64,000 nucleotides of DNA from Setoptus koraiensis (taxonomy: Eukaryota; Animalia; Arthropoda), in NCBI GenBank assembly GCA_048013815.1, contig CM106585.1:8122001-8186000 (forward strand). Direction: 5' to 3'. The notes beneath the pieces were generated by a model that was not told where the DNA came from, ran no database searches, and saw only the letters and a list, made by a program, of their open reading frames with translations. The translations under genes and the position numbers were made by a program. Positions 1 through 12,788 of the stretch are shown one piece after another. Position 1 is the first letter of the stretch. Every line of letters starts with the position of its first letter.

Positions 1-964
1 GACGAGCGGACATCTCTAGTGTGTCGAATGACAAGGTTAAATAGTTAACAATGATATTTTTGGGTTTGATGAAACAAACATCGTAGCGATAATTCAATTG
101 TTTTGGTTGTAAACTTCTAACGGGGCCATTTCGGGATTGTTCGCCACCAAAGCTTTGCAGGCAACCTGTAGGGGCACTATAAGGGTCGCCTTGCTCCAAT
201 TGTGTTACTCTCAATGACCAGTATCTTGAATACTCGAGCGCCGAAGTCTTTATTGATAAAATCAAATTTTTCTCCTTGAAATCTAAGTAGAGGTGTTGAT
301 TAGTGTTATTGCCGCATAATTTGGGTGAAAGCGGTTCATTTAGATCATTATAGACTCTAAAATGATCATGAAGGCATTCACCCATAACTGTTGGTTTGTA
401 CAATTCAAGTTTGTCAAATTCAATTAGTAGTTGATTCACGCTTGGGCTGGACCTTTCAATGACTATTTCACAAATGGTCACCTTCTTCACTGGCTTGGGA
501 TAAGCATCATTTTGGAGATAGATTGTTGCGCCTAGAGATCCTTGTTCTTTCGAAATGATACTACCACATGTTGTTTGTTTTACACAACAGACCAAGCTGT
601 CGTTGGAGGGTAGTGAACGTCTGGCCGGGTCCGGAAAATGAGATTCGCCGCAAAATCCTTCAATATATCCATTGTTTTTGATACACGCTTTGCCAGTAGA
701 GCAAACACCCAATCTTGATGAAATATAACTTGTGCAGACAGATTTTGGAAGGGCGATCTTGTTAAATTGGCTTGATTGTTTGTCGGTGAAATGAAGTATT
801 TGTTGTTGTTGTTGGTGGTTGTTGATAGTTACTAGATTGTCACTACAGTCGCCGGAGTTGTTCAACGCGGTGAATACAATAACCAATAAGATGATAATAT
901 TGTTAAAACGATATCTAGATGAAAGACATGAATTCTTGAGCATATCTCCCCTCATTTTTTCCAT
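1..964 (-). CDS. Secreted CUB-domain protein of the arthropod Cys-rich+CUB type; 3' end lies outside the window
   Basis: Manual minus-strand translation, absent from the ORF track. Exon 1 runs 964 (or ATG 943) to 833 and encodes a signal-like stretch (NIIILLVIVFTALN). Predicted phase-0 intron 832..758 (GTAACT...AACAAG, 75 nt) removes an in-frame stop. Exon 2 is open from 757 to base 1: VCTSYISSRLGVCSTGKACIKNNGYIEGFCG..LVCCVKQTTCG..YLQNDAYP..ICEIVI..QLLIEFDKLEL..GECLHDHF..PKLCGNNTNQHLYL..WSLRVTQL..APTGCLQ, a CUB-like pattern. Confidence 0.85.
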   Translation of the reverse strand, partial: MEKMRGDMLKNSCLSSRYRFNNIIILLVIVFTALNNSGDCSDNLVTINNHQQQQQILHFTDKQSSQFNKIALPKSVCTSYISSRLGVCSTGKACIKNNGYIEGFCGESHFPDPARRSLPSNDSLVCCVKQTTCGSIISKEQGSLGATIYLQNDAYPKPVKKVTICEIVIERSSPSVNQLLIEFDKLELYKPTVMGECLHDHFRVYNDLNEPLSPKLCGNNTNQHLYLDFKEKNLILSIKTSALEYSRYWSLRVTQLEQGDPYSAPTGCLQSFGGEQSRNGPVRSLQPKQLNYRYDVCFIKPKNIIVNYLTLSFDTLEMSAR

Positions 965-2941
965 ATGTATTGAGACTACTGCTGATTGTGCCGTTAATAT
1001 TGCCTGTATTACTCCATTCTCGATTACGCTGTTATGGCTAATTAACTGTCTTTCTTTCTCTCTCTCCCTCTCTCTATCTCTTTCCGATCGATATTTACTC
1101 CAATTATTTCAATTAGGCATTTCTAAATGCCAAAGAAAGAGTAACCCTCTAGTACTTTTTCTTTCATGGAGCTGATAATGTCCAAAAATAGACAAGCAGT
1201 TGGACAAACTTGATGAGCGTATCGTGTTGCCATTTGAAAAGTGAGTCAATCGACAATTAGCGTTTGTCATTATGAGTTTTTCAGCTGTCATCAATGATTC
1301 CTAATTATCTTCGCAAACAATGATGAGACATTCGAAATAGACGATCCGAAGCTAGGCATTAATGAAATGGAAATAGTCTAAACTTAGGTCCACATCAACC
1401 ATAAATCATCTTTTGATCTATTGATAGATTTACTAGATTTGAGCATTCATGATCTAAAATGCAAACATAGGAAGAAAATTAAAAATTTCAAAACAAAAAC
1501 TGACATTTATATGTCTATATGTTTTGATGACACCTAACATATCATATTAAGCACACATCATACAACCATTACGAGAATACATCAATTTTTATTTTTGATT
1601 CTCATCATGGATCCATGAACTTTAATAACCATGTACGAATATTAGATTGTCTGATGCAAGATGAGCAGGCATTGTTCTGCTAATACAACTACAGTAGTAT
1701 GTTTTTTTCATAGTATATTAGTCGCCTTGAAACTCTGCATCTTCCAGTGAAATTCTCGCTCAATCGTTTCACGTGTAGTTTTTGATCCGATTATTTTCAT
1801 ATGTTACAGCTAAAACTACAAAAACTTCATCTATAAAAACTTCAGAAAAGTGCGCGAAAGTCATCCCTGGGAGATTTTTCCTTGGATTCCCTGTTGTGCT
1901 ATATATAACTCTGTTTACGCTATGCCCATATGTATGAATATTTTCTGAGAACTCCAACTAAATCGAACTGAGTAACTGTAGAACTTTATACTAATATTAA
2001 AGAGTAGCCATTACAGACAGAGAATAGTTGCATCAGAAAAGTTGTCCCTTCAGGATCTAATTAGCTCAAACTGAGAAAAAATAAAATGAATGTCAAGTTT
2101 TTGAAGTCGACTAACACGTTGTTCATGTTGATTTCTTTCTCGTGTTGTGCTTCCTCTTTCGGTAGTAGTTCTACTCCAATTTAGACGGGCCGCAAGGAAA
2201 CTTTCTATTAATAGATTGCATATCTTGCTCTAATAGATGAAATGTATAACCTTTATGAACAAAGATGAGAAACAATTAGTCTATCAAAATATTTTTTTAC
2301 GATCAGCGTGTCTTGTGCTCTATGAACCCAATTAGAAGAAGCAGATATAGCTCGCCGATATTCTTCACGGTTGGATGCTCTTTTTTTCTCAACTTTTCGT
2401 TGTTATCCTTCAAGTCCCATATTTCCTCGCACCTGCTTATACTGATGTTTTTATTCAATGACAAGCCAGCATCCGATGATCTATAATAAAGACTTTTTGT
2501 TAGATAACTCCCCCGGCTCATCTAGACTGTTTTCAGCAAAGAATCCTGGGCTGTGGATCGAAAAGGTGTTGAATACACAAAGCATGGTTGCAATAAATGG
2601 GAGGCAACATAGTGCAATCATTTGCTCACAATCTTGATAGTCTCTTTAAAAAATATTGAGGGTAGCAAGTAACTCGAAGAGCCGTCTGCTTTAGTGTGAC
2701 AGATTTATACAAGTTATTTTTTGTGTTATAGCGACTGACGATGCAAAAAAAACACCTTCAACGTAAATAGGAAAAAGACCACCGATCCACATCTAACTTT
2801 GTGACAGTTAGGAATCTCGATCATTTTGCTGTTTATGCTCTTTGATAAATTAATTTTCAGACAAGGAATGTCAGTCTTGTGTGTCACAACTATGACACTT
2901 GCTAGTAGGTTTTATTGAAAGTCGTCATCAGATTACACGTA

Positions 2942-4660
2942 CTATACAATCACAAACGGCTCGCATCGATAACGTCCTAATAGATTCAGGGAGAAACAAG
3001 TAATAGTCTAATATCAGCAATGGATTCTAGTAAAGAGTAGATGATGGGTCGATGAATTTCTGATATTTACTTATTTCATAGTAGCAATGCTCTTACCTGA
3101 TCTTATTTCGCGTTTCAATAGTGTCATTTTGTAGCCTGTGGAATCAACACTGAAGCCAACTTTTGAAAGAGTAGAATCTGCGACTAAAAATTTGACATCG
3201 ATAGGACTTGGATATGGCACTGAGTTCTTCGAGGAGATATTTTGACTTCCAAGGCACTTGTGAGAAAATTTGGCAAATAATGAACCAAAACCTTCTGTGT
3301 TCTGATAACATTCTAACGAGTCAAATTTCCAAGTCAGTTGATTAATACAATTATTCCAATGAGCCTGAGGTTTAGTTATAACATTTTCTCCTAACTTGAG
3401 GCTTATGACTGGACTCGGTCTCGCAAAGTTATGGCTAGATTGGTAGGCGGAGGAAAGAGTGCCATCTTTATCGGTAGAATTTCTTTCGTTCATATTCTTG
3501 GTATCATTGCTATTATTATTCTTGCATTTGAGCGGAGAGTTGTTATCACCATTTGAATGTCTAGTACTGGATAATAAATCATTTAAATTCACAGAGATCG
3601 CAATCTCTCTCAGTCGATCAAGAGGTATACCACTATCATCAGAGTGTTTGAGATCGATACGTAACTTAATTATCTCCGGTTCAAATTTCCAATAAGCACA
3701 CACTTGAATAGGGCAGCAACTCATCAAAGTGATCGGGGCGATTTTGTATCGTAGCACGTCCACATTATAATAACTTGAAGTGGGAGATTGTTCGCTCATT
3801 TTCCTCAAATGTGCCATGAGGAGATCCGTATCAATTTCGAAAACTCTAGAGGTTAGATTATTCTGATTGAATTTAGATTGAGTGCTCTCATTGTGTATCA
3901 ATCGACTTGCATAGTATTTTGTTATGTTCTCAGCTGAGTTTAAACGAAACCTCAGAGGTAGTGCTGGTCTGCCATAAGCCCCTTTAGCAAACGCATTGGG
4001 AAAGGCGAGTTTCAAGTTTCCCATAGATCTCTCAGTGAATTCCGGTACAAAATCCGGATCATACTCTTCTTGGTTTTCTGTGCCAAGATTGAGGCTTTGA
4101 GTATCAGTTGATGGAACACAGTAACTGTTCGATGTCGAAGTTATTGCCTTTGAGTCTCCTTGCGTTGATGATGTAGCATTTTGTAGCATCAGTGGGCACT
4201 CGTTGCTAATATTTTGGTCTCTACCTGTACTACTCCTTTTTTCGTGTCTTATTGTACCTTTTATTAGCAGCTCAATCGATTCTTGTATGGCTACGGCAAT
4301 CGGTATTGTATCACCATGATTGACAGCGGTTAGTGGAGATGATGTGCGTGAAGGTGATATGACATTGGAGAAAGCTGATCTGTTGTTAAATTCATTGACT
4401 AGACTTGAACAACTTGGACTTGAGTGTAGCCCATACATCGACGTAGATGATACAGAAGACAAAGAAGACTGTCTCCTCGATAATGACGGATGGGGTGTCG
4501 GACCCAACGGACGCCATGACTCTACAGACGCCTTGAGCTCTTGAATGGTAGCCGCAGCTGATCTAGAGTTATCTATACTAGATTTAGGTTTAATATTAAT
4601 CCTGATGCGACGGATAGGTTCATAGTCATCGGAGTCCGAATCTGAGCTTGAGCTGCTCAT
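2942..4660 (-). CDS. FCHO2: FCHo/SGIP1 (muniscin) family endocytic protein with an AP2-activator-like block and C-terminal mu-homology domain; no F-BAR seen
   Basis: ORF 3071..4717 contains SSSSSDSDSDD..IRINIKP and TIQELKASV (FCHo linker blocks), IPIAVAIQESI, GNLKLAFP, YYNVDVLRYKI, CCPIQVCAYWK, KPQAHWN, GSLFAKF and DSTLSKVGF (muHD). Predicted terminal intron 3096..2977 (TCAG|GTAAGA...CTATTAG|GA) yields the ending KREIRSGRYRCEPFVIV* (stop 2944..2942). First ATG is at 4660; the 5' end is uncertain. Confidence 0.85.
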
Positions 4661-4761
4661 TTTATTTTGAATGTCATTCCGGATTGAGATGATAATCAAT
4701 TTATTTCCTCGCGCCAATATATCGCCATCAGCTTATAATACAATAATGTTGATAGATAACC

Positions 4762-4769
4762 AATCGATA
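4762..4769. promoter_or_regulatory. DRE-like element (TATCGATT on minus strand, 7/8 match to TATCGATA) upstream of the FCHo-like ATG
   Basis: AATCGATA at 4762-4769, about 100 nt upstream of ATG 4660. DRE function is established in Drosophila and only inferred here. Confidence 0.25.
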
Positions 4770-6029
4770 AATGTTACAGCTGTCCCCTAGAATTTTTCTG
4801 AATTGACACTCTAATAGATATAAATGTATAATGTTAACATGACAATATATACATATAAATATAGCTGTAATAAATCTGTATATTTAGCACGATCGAAAGA
4901 TACAAGATGTTTTAGCATAAGCCTGATATCATACCGCATGGGATCAAATTTTAAACGGTTATGAGAGAAATTGAGATGGGCGTGTATTTGATTGAATAAA
5001 ATAAATGAATACAAAATCTGTCGTATTATAGATCCGCTGTCGCTTGATTTTTAAATGTGATAATATTTTAATATATTAGTAGTTGCACAATAGTTGAGCC
5101 TTTGTTAGTGAAGAGCGCTGAAACCACCTTTGAGCTATTATCAGCATGCTTCTGTGTATCACACCGGGAAATATGATGATGATATAGAATGTTTAAAAAA
5201 TATCGTTATTGTTGACATTGATGGTCGTCGATTACATTTGATGTGTTTGTCGTTTCAGTCGCGCATCGTTTTGTGCTAGAGAGGAAGCGTCCTCCGTAAT
5301 CATACTAGATTACGATATCCATTTAAAATTATAAAATAAAATATAATAAATTGATGATGATATTGGTGATGAAATCAAGCGTTTGATATGGACTCCTAGG
5401 CTATCACAATGTGTATTATGCAATGTTGATACATCATCACACTGGTTACATTGTCCATCATCAGCCCACTGTTATGCACCTGTCATGTCCGCCCAGCGAT
5501 ACCCAACCGCACACACCCACTCTCACTCGTACCCAGAATGCGCACCATATGAGCGTATGCATGTGTAGCTGCGGAAATAATCTTCTCACTCTTGATTGAT
5601 GCGCAAGTTGAAAATAAATAGAACAATGAAAATGAACCTCTACATTAGGAAATCATAAAAGAATTAGAAAATAATAGAGTTGCAGAATCTATTAATTAGT
5701 ATAAGAGAAAAATAATTGGTCGTTTTGCTGCCCATTGGCGAAATTATTTTATAAAATCGTACCCGACCAACTCTGCTGCTCGGCACGACACACCTAATCA
5801 GATGATCTAGTGATACTGAGCATGCCCAATGCGCACTGCGCAACAGTGTTTCAAAATTGTGCCGTCATCCCGGGTTACCCGTACCGATACAGAAGAACTG
5901 GCTGTATTGGTAGAATTTACATGGGTCTTCTGGGTCCAAATCATCAGGTGCACTAGCCTGACAAGCACTGTTGACCCAGCTATGATGGAATAAATGAAGC
6001 AATAATAGGATAACAATGCTGCGAAATAT

Positions 6030-6560
6030 CGAACGCTTGGGTCATGCTCTCAAGCAATTATTTATATTTTTTTGGGGGGAACTTGGCCTACTCCTCAGTG
6101 AGGCACATTTTGAGGCCTTGTGTTGTCCTCGGGTTTCTGGCCCTTTCTCTTTTGAAAAGAGCGGACCAGATTCCGTAGTCCAATGGACATGTGTCCGGAC
6201 TGTCGGTCAACCGTTTTGATGGGTGCAATTAGTTAATTTTTTTTTCACACCACCATCTCAGGGAGGCTTTTGCTCTATGCGCTGAGGCCGAGTCTTGATG
6301 AAAAATATAGTCATTGTTGGGGTATATGGAGGGCAACTCTATCTATCAGTATCTATTTGTTTCCAATAAAACAATACCAAATGGATGATAGAATTGCCAA
6401 GCCAAGAATGCACATACACACTTGTGACATGAGCTGCTTCATACTCGAATCTTGCATCCCTATAACGACAAATTCAAATCAATGACTTGATTGTATTGGT
6501 GATATAAGCTTCTTCATGCTTTGATACAAATTTCATCCGTTTTATAATTATAGGCGAATT
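6030..6560 (-). mobile_element. Degenerate Tc1/mariner-superfamily transposase relic, DD37D (maT-like)
   Basis: Minus strand reads YPNNDYIFHQDSASAHRAKASLRWWCEKKIN*LHPSKRLTDSPDTCPLDYGIWSALFKRERARNPRTTQGLKMCLTEE*AKFPQKNINNCLRA*PKR. The Asp codons at 6294-6292 (QD) and 6180-6178 (PLDY) are separated by 111 nt, i.e. 37 codons. A probable first Asp is in TDE at 6537-6535. Several stops and frameshifts are present; no TIRs were found. Confidence 0.75.
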
Positions 6561-6899
6561 CTTCCAGACACTAGTACCGCGGTGGACATGCTGATGATCT
6601 TGTTTAATTTTGATTAAACATTCGCTAAATTCTCTAGTGTCTATACCCAATATATGACAACTATCCTTTATGCTTATTCCGAATGCAAACTTCTTTGCTA
6701 TCAAATATATACAACAGGCCACAATAGTTGTCTTTTGTGCTGGCTTGAACTTTCAGTGGATCTCATCATTCTAGCATCTATCAATTGCAATATCTGGGCG
6801 CGTGTCTTGACATCCTTAATTAATAATTTGTCTAAGCCAACTTCAGTCTCTTGTGTTAATTCGGCCAATGTGACCTGTTGTTTTTGAAAATATCAATAG

Positions 6900-7433
6900 T
6901 TTATTGATTCTACTGTGCCAAGTAGAGATGTTTTCTACGGAGATCTAGATGATCGTATGTATAATGTAAACAATTTCTGCCTAATGAGAAATGAAGCAAA
7001 TAGAAACTATGGTAGGTGGATACGCGGTAAAGTTGAGATGGCAGTGGAAATACAGTTAGACGCACGAGCGTTGGCCACCTGATGTGATGATGATTCCTTA
7101 GAAGAATCATCGAAGGCAATATCATTAGTATTCGATCAATGTATTGATACAATCAAAGAGCCCAGATTAGAAGGCGTGGTGTATAAAGTCCGATCTATAG
7201 ATTGTGGATTTGTTTGTCTACGCATTCAATTAACTATGCGGTCTCTAGAAGATGCCTTGAGAAAAGTTGGAAGTTTATCCATGAGGTGTTCATTATTTGT
7301 CATACATCCAACAGGTATTTGTGTTAATGATTTTAAAGATAGAGTATGGACATCTACAGCCTCAGGTACAGTGGACCAGCGGATGAACGACCGACGTTTG
7401 AAAATTGTTGTACATCATGATGAGAGAGGATGA
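6900..7433 (+). pseudogene. Unidentified near-open frame (178 codons, one internal TGA) next to the transposase relic
   Basis: The frame is open from 6900 to the TGA ending at 7433 except for a TGA at 7080-7082. No family motif was recognised. Confidence 0.2.
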
Positions 7434-10400
7434 AGAGAGGAGAACTTATTTGTTTTACAACTATGTTAATCCATTACTTACCGAAAGTGTTGTAATAAAT
7501 CTATTCTGCTTAGAATCGTCGAGCATCCGCAAGTCAAAAACAGGTCGATCAAACAAGAAATTCGAAAGTTTATCCTCGGAACTCATTAAATCAGGCTCAG
7601 CAAGTCGCTAATAGCGACAGGTTATTGTGAAGCGACTAAGACATTATCCAGGATCTTTATTGACGAAGAATCACTAAATACAACTGAACCCAGAAAAATT
7701 GTTCCTATCGGTCTGCATTTAAGTACTAACTTCAGGGGGCTCTACAGAAGGGGGGAATCCTCGGCAGGTTTGGTAATTTTTTAGCGCTCAATTTTAATTA
7801 TTAGCGACAGCTATCTGGGCTACGCATAGTCCGCTCCAACATCCGAATTGTTCTTTTGCTACAATTCAAAACAATTTATCTGGACTTCTTTTGTATTTCT
7901 ATCTCGAGTTAAGTTGGAAGTTGATGCGGTTGAATGCATCATAAATGTTCATTAGTATGTTGTCACGACTTTTGAGAAGAAGAACAAACTATAGCAGCAA
8001 ACAGGTTCAATAGCAACAAGTAGCTTGTGAGATGATTACATTCTTTATATTTCTCATGTATGTCTCACCTCACATCATCACAACGCAACACTAATGCTAC
8101 TGTGATTAGTACTAGAACGAAATCACGCAACTTGTGACCATAATTTTTATTGTTGTTGCCCATAACTATGAATAGCCATAATTAGCTCTCAAGGGACAAG
8201 ACTATCTGTTTAAAGTGCAAGGCTCGAATGTCACATCTACTTCTACTCATTCTATCTGGGCTAATCTTTAATCTCTTTCTAGCCTCAGGTTCAGAAAGTA
8301 GATATTCAATGTAGCTGCGCTCCACAAAAAGACTAATCATCGTCTAGCTAGTTCGCATGGTTTTGTTGTTGATTAGGTCCACAAATGTAGATCTCTATCA
8401 TGTGAAGTGTGAATTAATCACATCTTAAGCGTCAGTGTCGATGTGCCTTGAGAGCACAAACGCCTCTACAATTACATGTAGTAGATGCATATAGTTGCGA
8501 CTGACCAGAGAATACATTTTACCATCATACAATTAAATGATTATATATAATAATTGTGGTAATTTGACAGGATAGAATTTTGATTATATGAGTGGTTGGG
8601 CAACATAGAGAGACAACCGAAGCAATTGTAGACTCTTTGTTCATATTCGTGATGCTACAAATTCAATTAGCAAGCGCAAGACTTGTCTTTTAACTTTATC
8701 ACACGATAAAGGGTATGAGAGTGTTGAATCAAGAAATATATCACTCCATATTTATTGCATGCACACATTTACTAACCGCATTTACATCTTTGTATGGCCG
8801 ACCATAAGGAATTCGAGATGCGCCATTCAGATGTCCATCTGAAAGAAAAAGGCGCTCTTTGTGCCTTTATAATCATTGCCTTCATTCAACATTTTTGTTC
8901 AAGCTGGCATGATGAAAATAATGATGATGGTATTGGTGATTATGGTGATTGAATTCAGTGACCTGATGAGCAGCATTATTCGAGCGAAACTTCGGGAATA
9001 TTTTATCTCTTGGCTTTGATCTTTCTTTAATGATCTAATGTACACAGAATTGTTGCGCATAGACGTGGAGCAGCAATGTTCAACCGCATTGTTGATTATG
9101 AGGGCCCGTCGTCTTTAATCGTACAAGTAACGCCAAATCAACGAATACATTACAGGTAGAGGAGAGAGAGAGAGAGACGAATTAGATAATAGTAATAAAT
9201 TCTCGTCTCTTTCATATTTAGCTGGACTCTGAAGTTAGGCCAAGTCCGACGCACACACACACGAAGGTTGGAACAACCGAGCGCGAGAAGCTCAAATTAT
9301 TGATTCACTAAACTTCTCCATCATCTTCGAGTTTATTCTGTGAAAAGACTCAAAGGCAACGCAAAAGATCAATCAGTGTAGACAGACGTAAGAGGAATAT
9401 ATCAATGTATTCATGTTGCTCAGACTTGGCTAGTGAGCCTGGTGTATAATTAAGTGTGATTTGTGTAGAGTTGTCTGCCATCATTGGCCTCGCCGTTGAT
9501 GAGGCAAGCAAAGAGATGTCTGGCGAGAAAAATATTGTCGAGTTATAAATAAGCAACATGCTTATGTATCAGACTATTGGTGATGCTCCATTATTTAGTG
9601 TGTTGTTGCATATTATGCAATGAATTGAATATCATTATTATAATTTAATTTTAGATGAAGCATAACTCGAACAACAACATTTCTATTGTTTTATCGCCAT
9701 ATAGTCATGTCGTACAAATCACCAGTGAGCATCAGTGAGCATCAGTGATAGTGGCAGTTGTCGATAATTGCCAGTCATTATTTCTGCTACTAGCATCGTC
9801 GACTCGACATCGTCGTGATGGCCAATCAGTTAACAAGCTAGTTGGCTTGCCATATTATCTAGACCATGACTGCGGTAGACATAGATGGTATAATGATGAT
9901 GATGACGATTCATGCCAATCCAGCTATTTAAAACAATAATAACGATGATAATAATCATGTCACAACATAAATGGAGAAAACGAACAAAAAAGAGATGCAA
10001 AAGGTTAACCACGCGATGTGAGTGAACGTTTGTCGTCCCTCTAGTTAGCCATGAATATCTTTATTAGTTTTGTTAATTATCTACCACTACTCTCACATGG
10101 CACACATCCCGCATATTGTTCGTGTTTGTTTAATTGGCTGGCCAGGCTAAACAAATTAATCTAGTCATGTTAGCTACTATTATTTTCATTATTATGCTTT
10201 TCATAATTAGATTGGTCGCGACTAGTTTGCTTAGATCGACACACCATTGACATACATGCAAATTGCCTACAAAATGGAAGAGCTCAGGGAGAGCTCACTG
10301 ACTACTGAAACTGCCAGTAAAGTACGTCAATTGCGGGCTAATTTGTTGGCAAGCAATCAACTAGCCTGCTTGTGAAAATAACACACATACACACCAGAAT

Positions 10401-11429
10401 ACACTATTGGCGAGCAACCCTTTCGCATTCTTTATGACGCCATGATTCAGACTGACACAATTAAATATGGACTCTCGACATTTGTTATTATTGCCTACTT
10501 CCGATTAATGCAAACTAACCTCAATCTTGATCAGTATAATAAAAATTTGACAGCTATGTGCAAATTGCTTTTTTATATAATTCAATCGCACAGTTTAGGC
10601 GTCGTCTAATTCTCTTCATTAGCTTACACGCGGCTCTCACAAACAGATTAATGGTTGTTGGTTGCAATAATGATTGTTGCAATGCTGCAATATTGTTATT
10701 ACTGTGTGACTCTAGTTGTTGTAGTATTGCGATTTGCAACAAACACGCTAATACAAACACAAACAAATAGCGAAGGACGTTGTTCTGTTGTTTATTTCAA
10801 TCAATAGCCCGCAAGAGTATGCAAGAGTTATTACTTGTGTGTCCATAGTGCCTGCAAGTGTCACGGCAATGATTGCCTTATTTCCGGTACCATGAGCAAT
10901 AAGAATCATATCATAATGAAAAAGAAAAACAAAGAGAATCTCAGTAAGTGAAAAGTCGTGATTCGTCGGCAAAAAATTATTCATTCAACACAATTTGTTG
11001 GGTTCGTGTTATCAGTGTGGCACTACATGTGTATGTGAATGTATGCCTTGCAAGCAATTGTTGTTGCTGAATTCAAATTAGTTTAGCTCGGTGGCACCGT
11101 ACAACCGTAGAATAAACTCTAGGCCATGGATGACTACAAAATACTTGTATGAAGTCGCATAACGTGCTCATTGATTAGGTAACGTTAGCTAGGCGTGATA
11201 TTTTCCAGTCAAGCTGAATCTACTAATACAGCGGCGGTGGCAGCAGCAGCAGCTCTTGTGTAACGACGACAAGGCCCGCTGGTTGTTTGCAACAATAAGA
11301 TTATCATAATAACTTTTGCCTTTTTTATAACGCACGTCAAATATTAAAAATAATATCATGCTCTCTAACTAACTTCACTCTCTTATATATGCCACATGTA
11401 CCATTGCTATACGCTGGCTATTCATGACT

Positions 11430-11430
<1 letters not shown>

Positions 11431-11484
<54 letters not shown>
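11431..11484. repeat. (GT)27 microsatellite
   Basis: Perfect dinucleotide run read directly. Confidence 0.95.
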
Positions 11485-11486
<2 letters not shown>

Positions 11487-12731
11487 TGGCATAAGCAAAC
11501 AGACGCTTACGCAACACGTCTGACAGGTTCAGACGAGAGAGCACTTGTTAGCCACTGCAATCTGGCGTTTGTGTGCTGCCAGCCGAGGCCAGCCCAACAA
11601 CAACAGAATCAATTATAAATTACTTTGAGAGGTGGCAACAAATATTTTTTGTTTTTGTTGCTGAATACTCTAACAGGCTGAATACTCTGACACAATACTC
11701 TCTGTACCTGTAACTAACTTGCTATTTTTGAGTGGCAAAGTTGAGCGGCGAACGCAACCCATGCATTCATGATTAATGATAATTAATGGGCCAATCTCAG
11801 TCTCGAATTGTCATCATCACATTGTTTGCATGTGTGTGTGTTCTTGCATAGGGATCACGACGCATCGCAATATTTACTCATGCATCATCCCTGTTGTTTT
11901 GGCTTGCATAGAGAGCCAAAACAGACTCTGTTCAACAGAGAGAGATAGCTTGTCCTCTGTGTCACGGCACCACGGTAGTAGTACACGGCTCGTAGTGGGC
12001 TACCTGGCTGACAGCCAGCCACCAAGGTGAGCCCATTAGCTTGTTGTTGTGGCTTGTCAATAACTGTGAGCAGCCGCAACAACAACAGCAACAGTCAAGC
12101 GAAACAAAGCAGTCAGCTGGTTGGGTGGCTACTAGTGTGTGTGTGTGTGTCGTGCATGGTCGTTAGTTTGGGTTTGTTTGTCATGATGATGATGATGACG
12201 CCGCTCGCTTGCCAGTGCCAGCCGCTAATCTAGCCGAGCACGAACACATTTGTGCAGGTTTGAATGTGGCGCGCCTATGATTCGCCTGTTGTATTGCGTA
12301 ACTTGTATATTCGTATTTGCATAATTTCACTATTGCCAATTTGCCAATTTTCAGCGAGCCTGTTTTTCAGCAACCTACCAACGATGTTGCGGCAGCGCGT
12401 TGCTGCACTGTGTGTGCGCCACAGTTAGCTGCACACACACTGTGCAGCAGATCTGTGCATCTGCGGCCTCACTTTTGGGCTTTAGTTTGCATGCTTCCGC
12501 ATTGGCGCTGGCGAGCACGAGTTAGTCACTCTAATCCAGGTATCGCAGGCGGAAGAGCGGCGGCGGCGCAATTGCGTGTGTCTCATCACTTATCGCCGGG
12601 CTGGCTTGTTGGCTCGTTCGACGCGCCGTTCATGCGCGCCTGTACGACCTGTACAGACCGCATGATGCCGGCTGCATGTGCGTGTTTGTGACGGTGCGAG
12701 CCCCACTTGTGAGCGCTTCGAATAATTTCGC

Positions 12732-12788
12732 TGCAAGCCCCGAGTTGCAAGCCCCGAGTTGCGAGCTGCGAGCTGCGAGCTGCAACTC
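12732..12788. repeat. Compound tandem repeat (TGCAAGCCCCGAGT)2 (TGCGAGC)3
   Basis: Read directly; the 7-mer block is flanked by the inverted pair GAGTTGC / GCAACTC. Confidence 0.8.

Noticed and set aside
920-930. TGAAAGACATG match to the 5' half of miR-71
   Set aside because: Only 11 nt, no hairpin, and it lies within a coding exon on the other strand.
819-1175. 118-aa plus-strand ORF
   Set aside because: Starts at TTG, is antisense to exon 1 of the CUB gene and includes a CT microsatellite.
1620-1805. Possible LTR-retrotransposon integrase zinc finger (GSKTTRETIEREFHW...CSSC) on the minus strand
   Set aside because: Needs a frameshift, the W-to-CxxC spacing is about twice that expected, and no RT or RNase H motifs were found nearby.
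8786-8950. Short ATG ORF (MADHKEFEM...) and an opposite-strand exon-like segment
   Set aside because: No family motif and no partner exons could be assigned.
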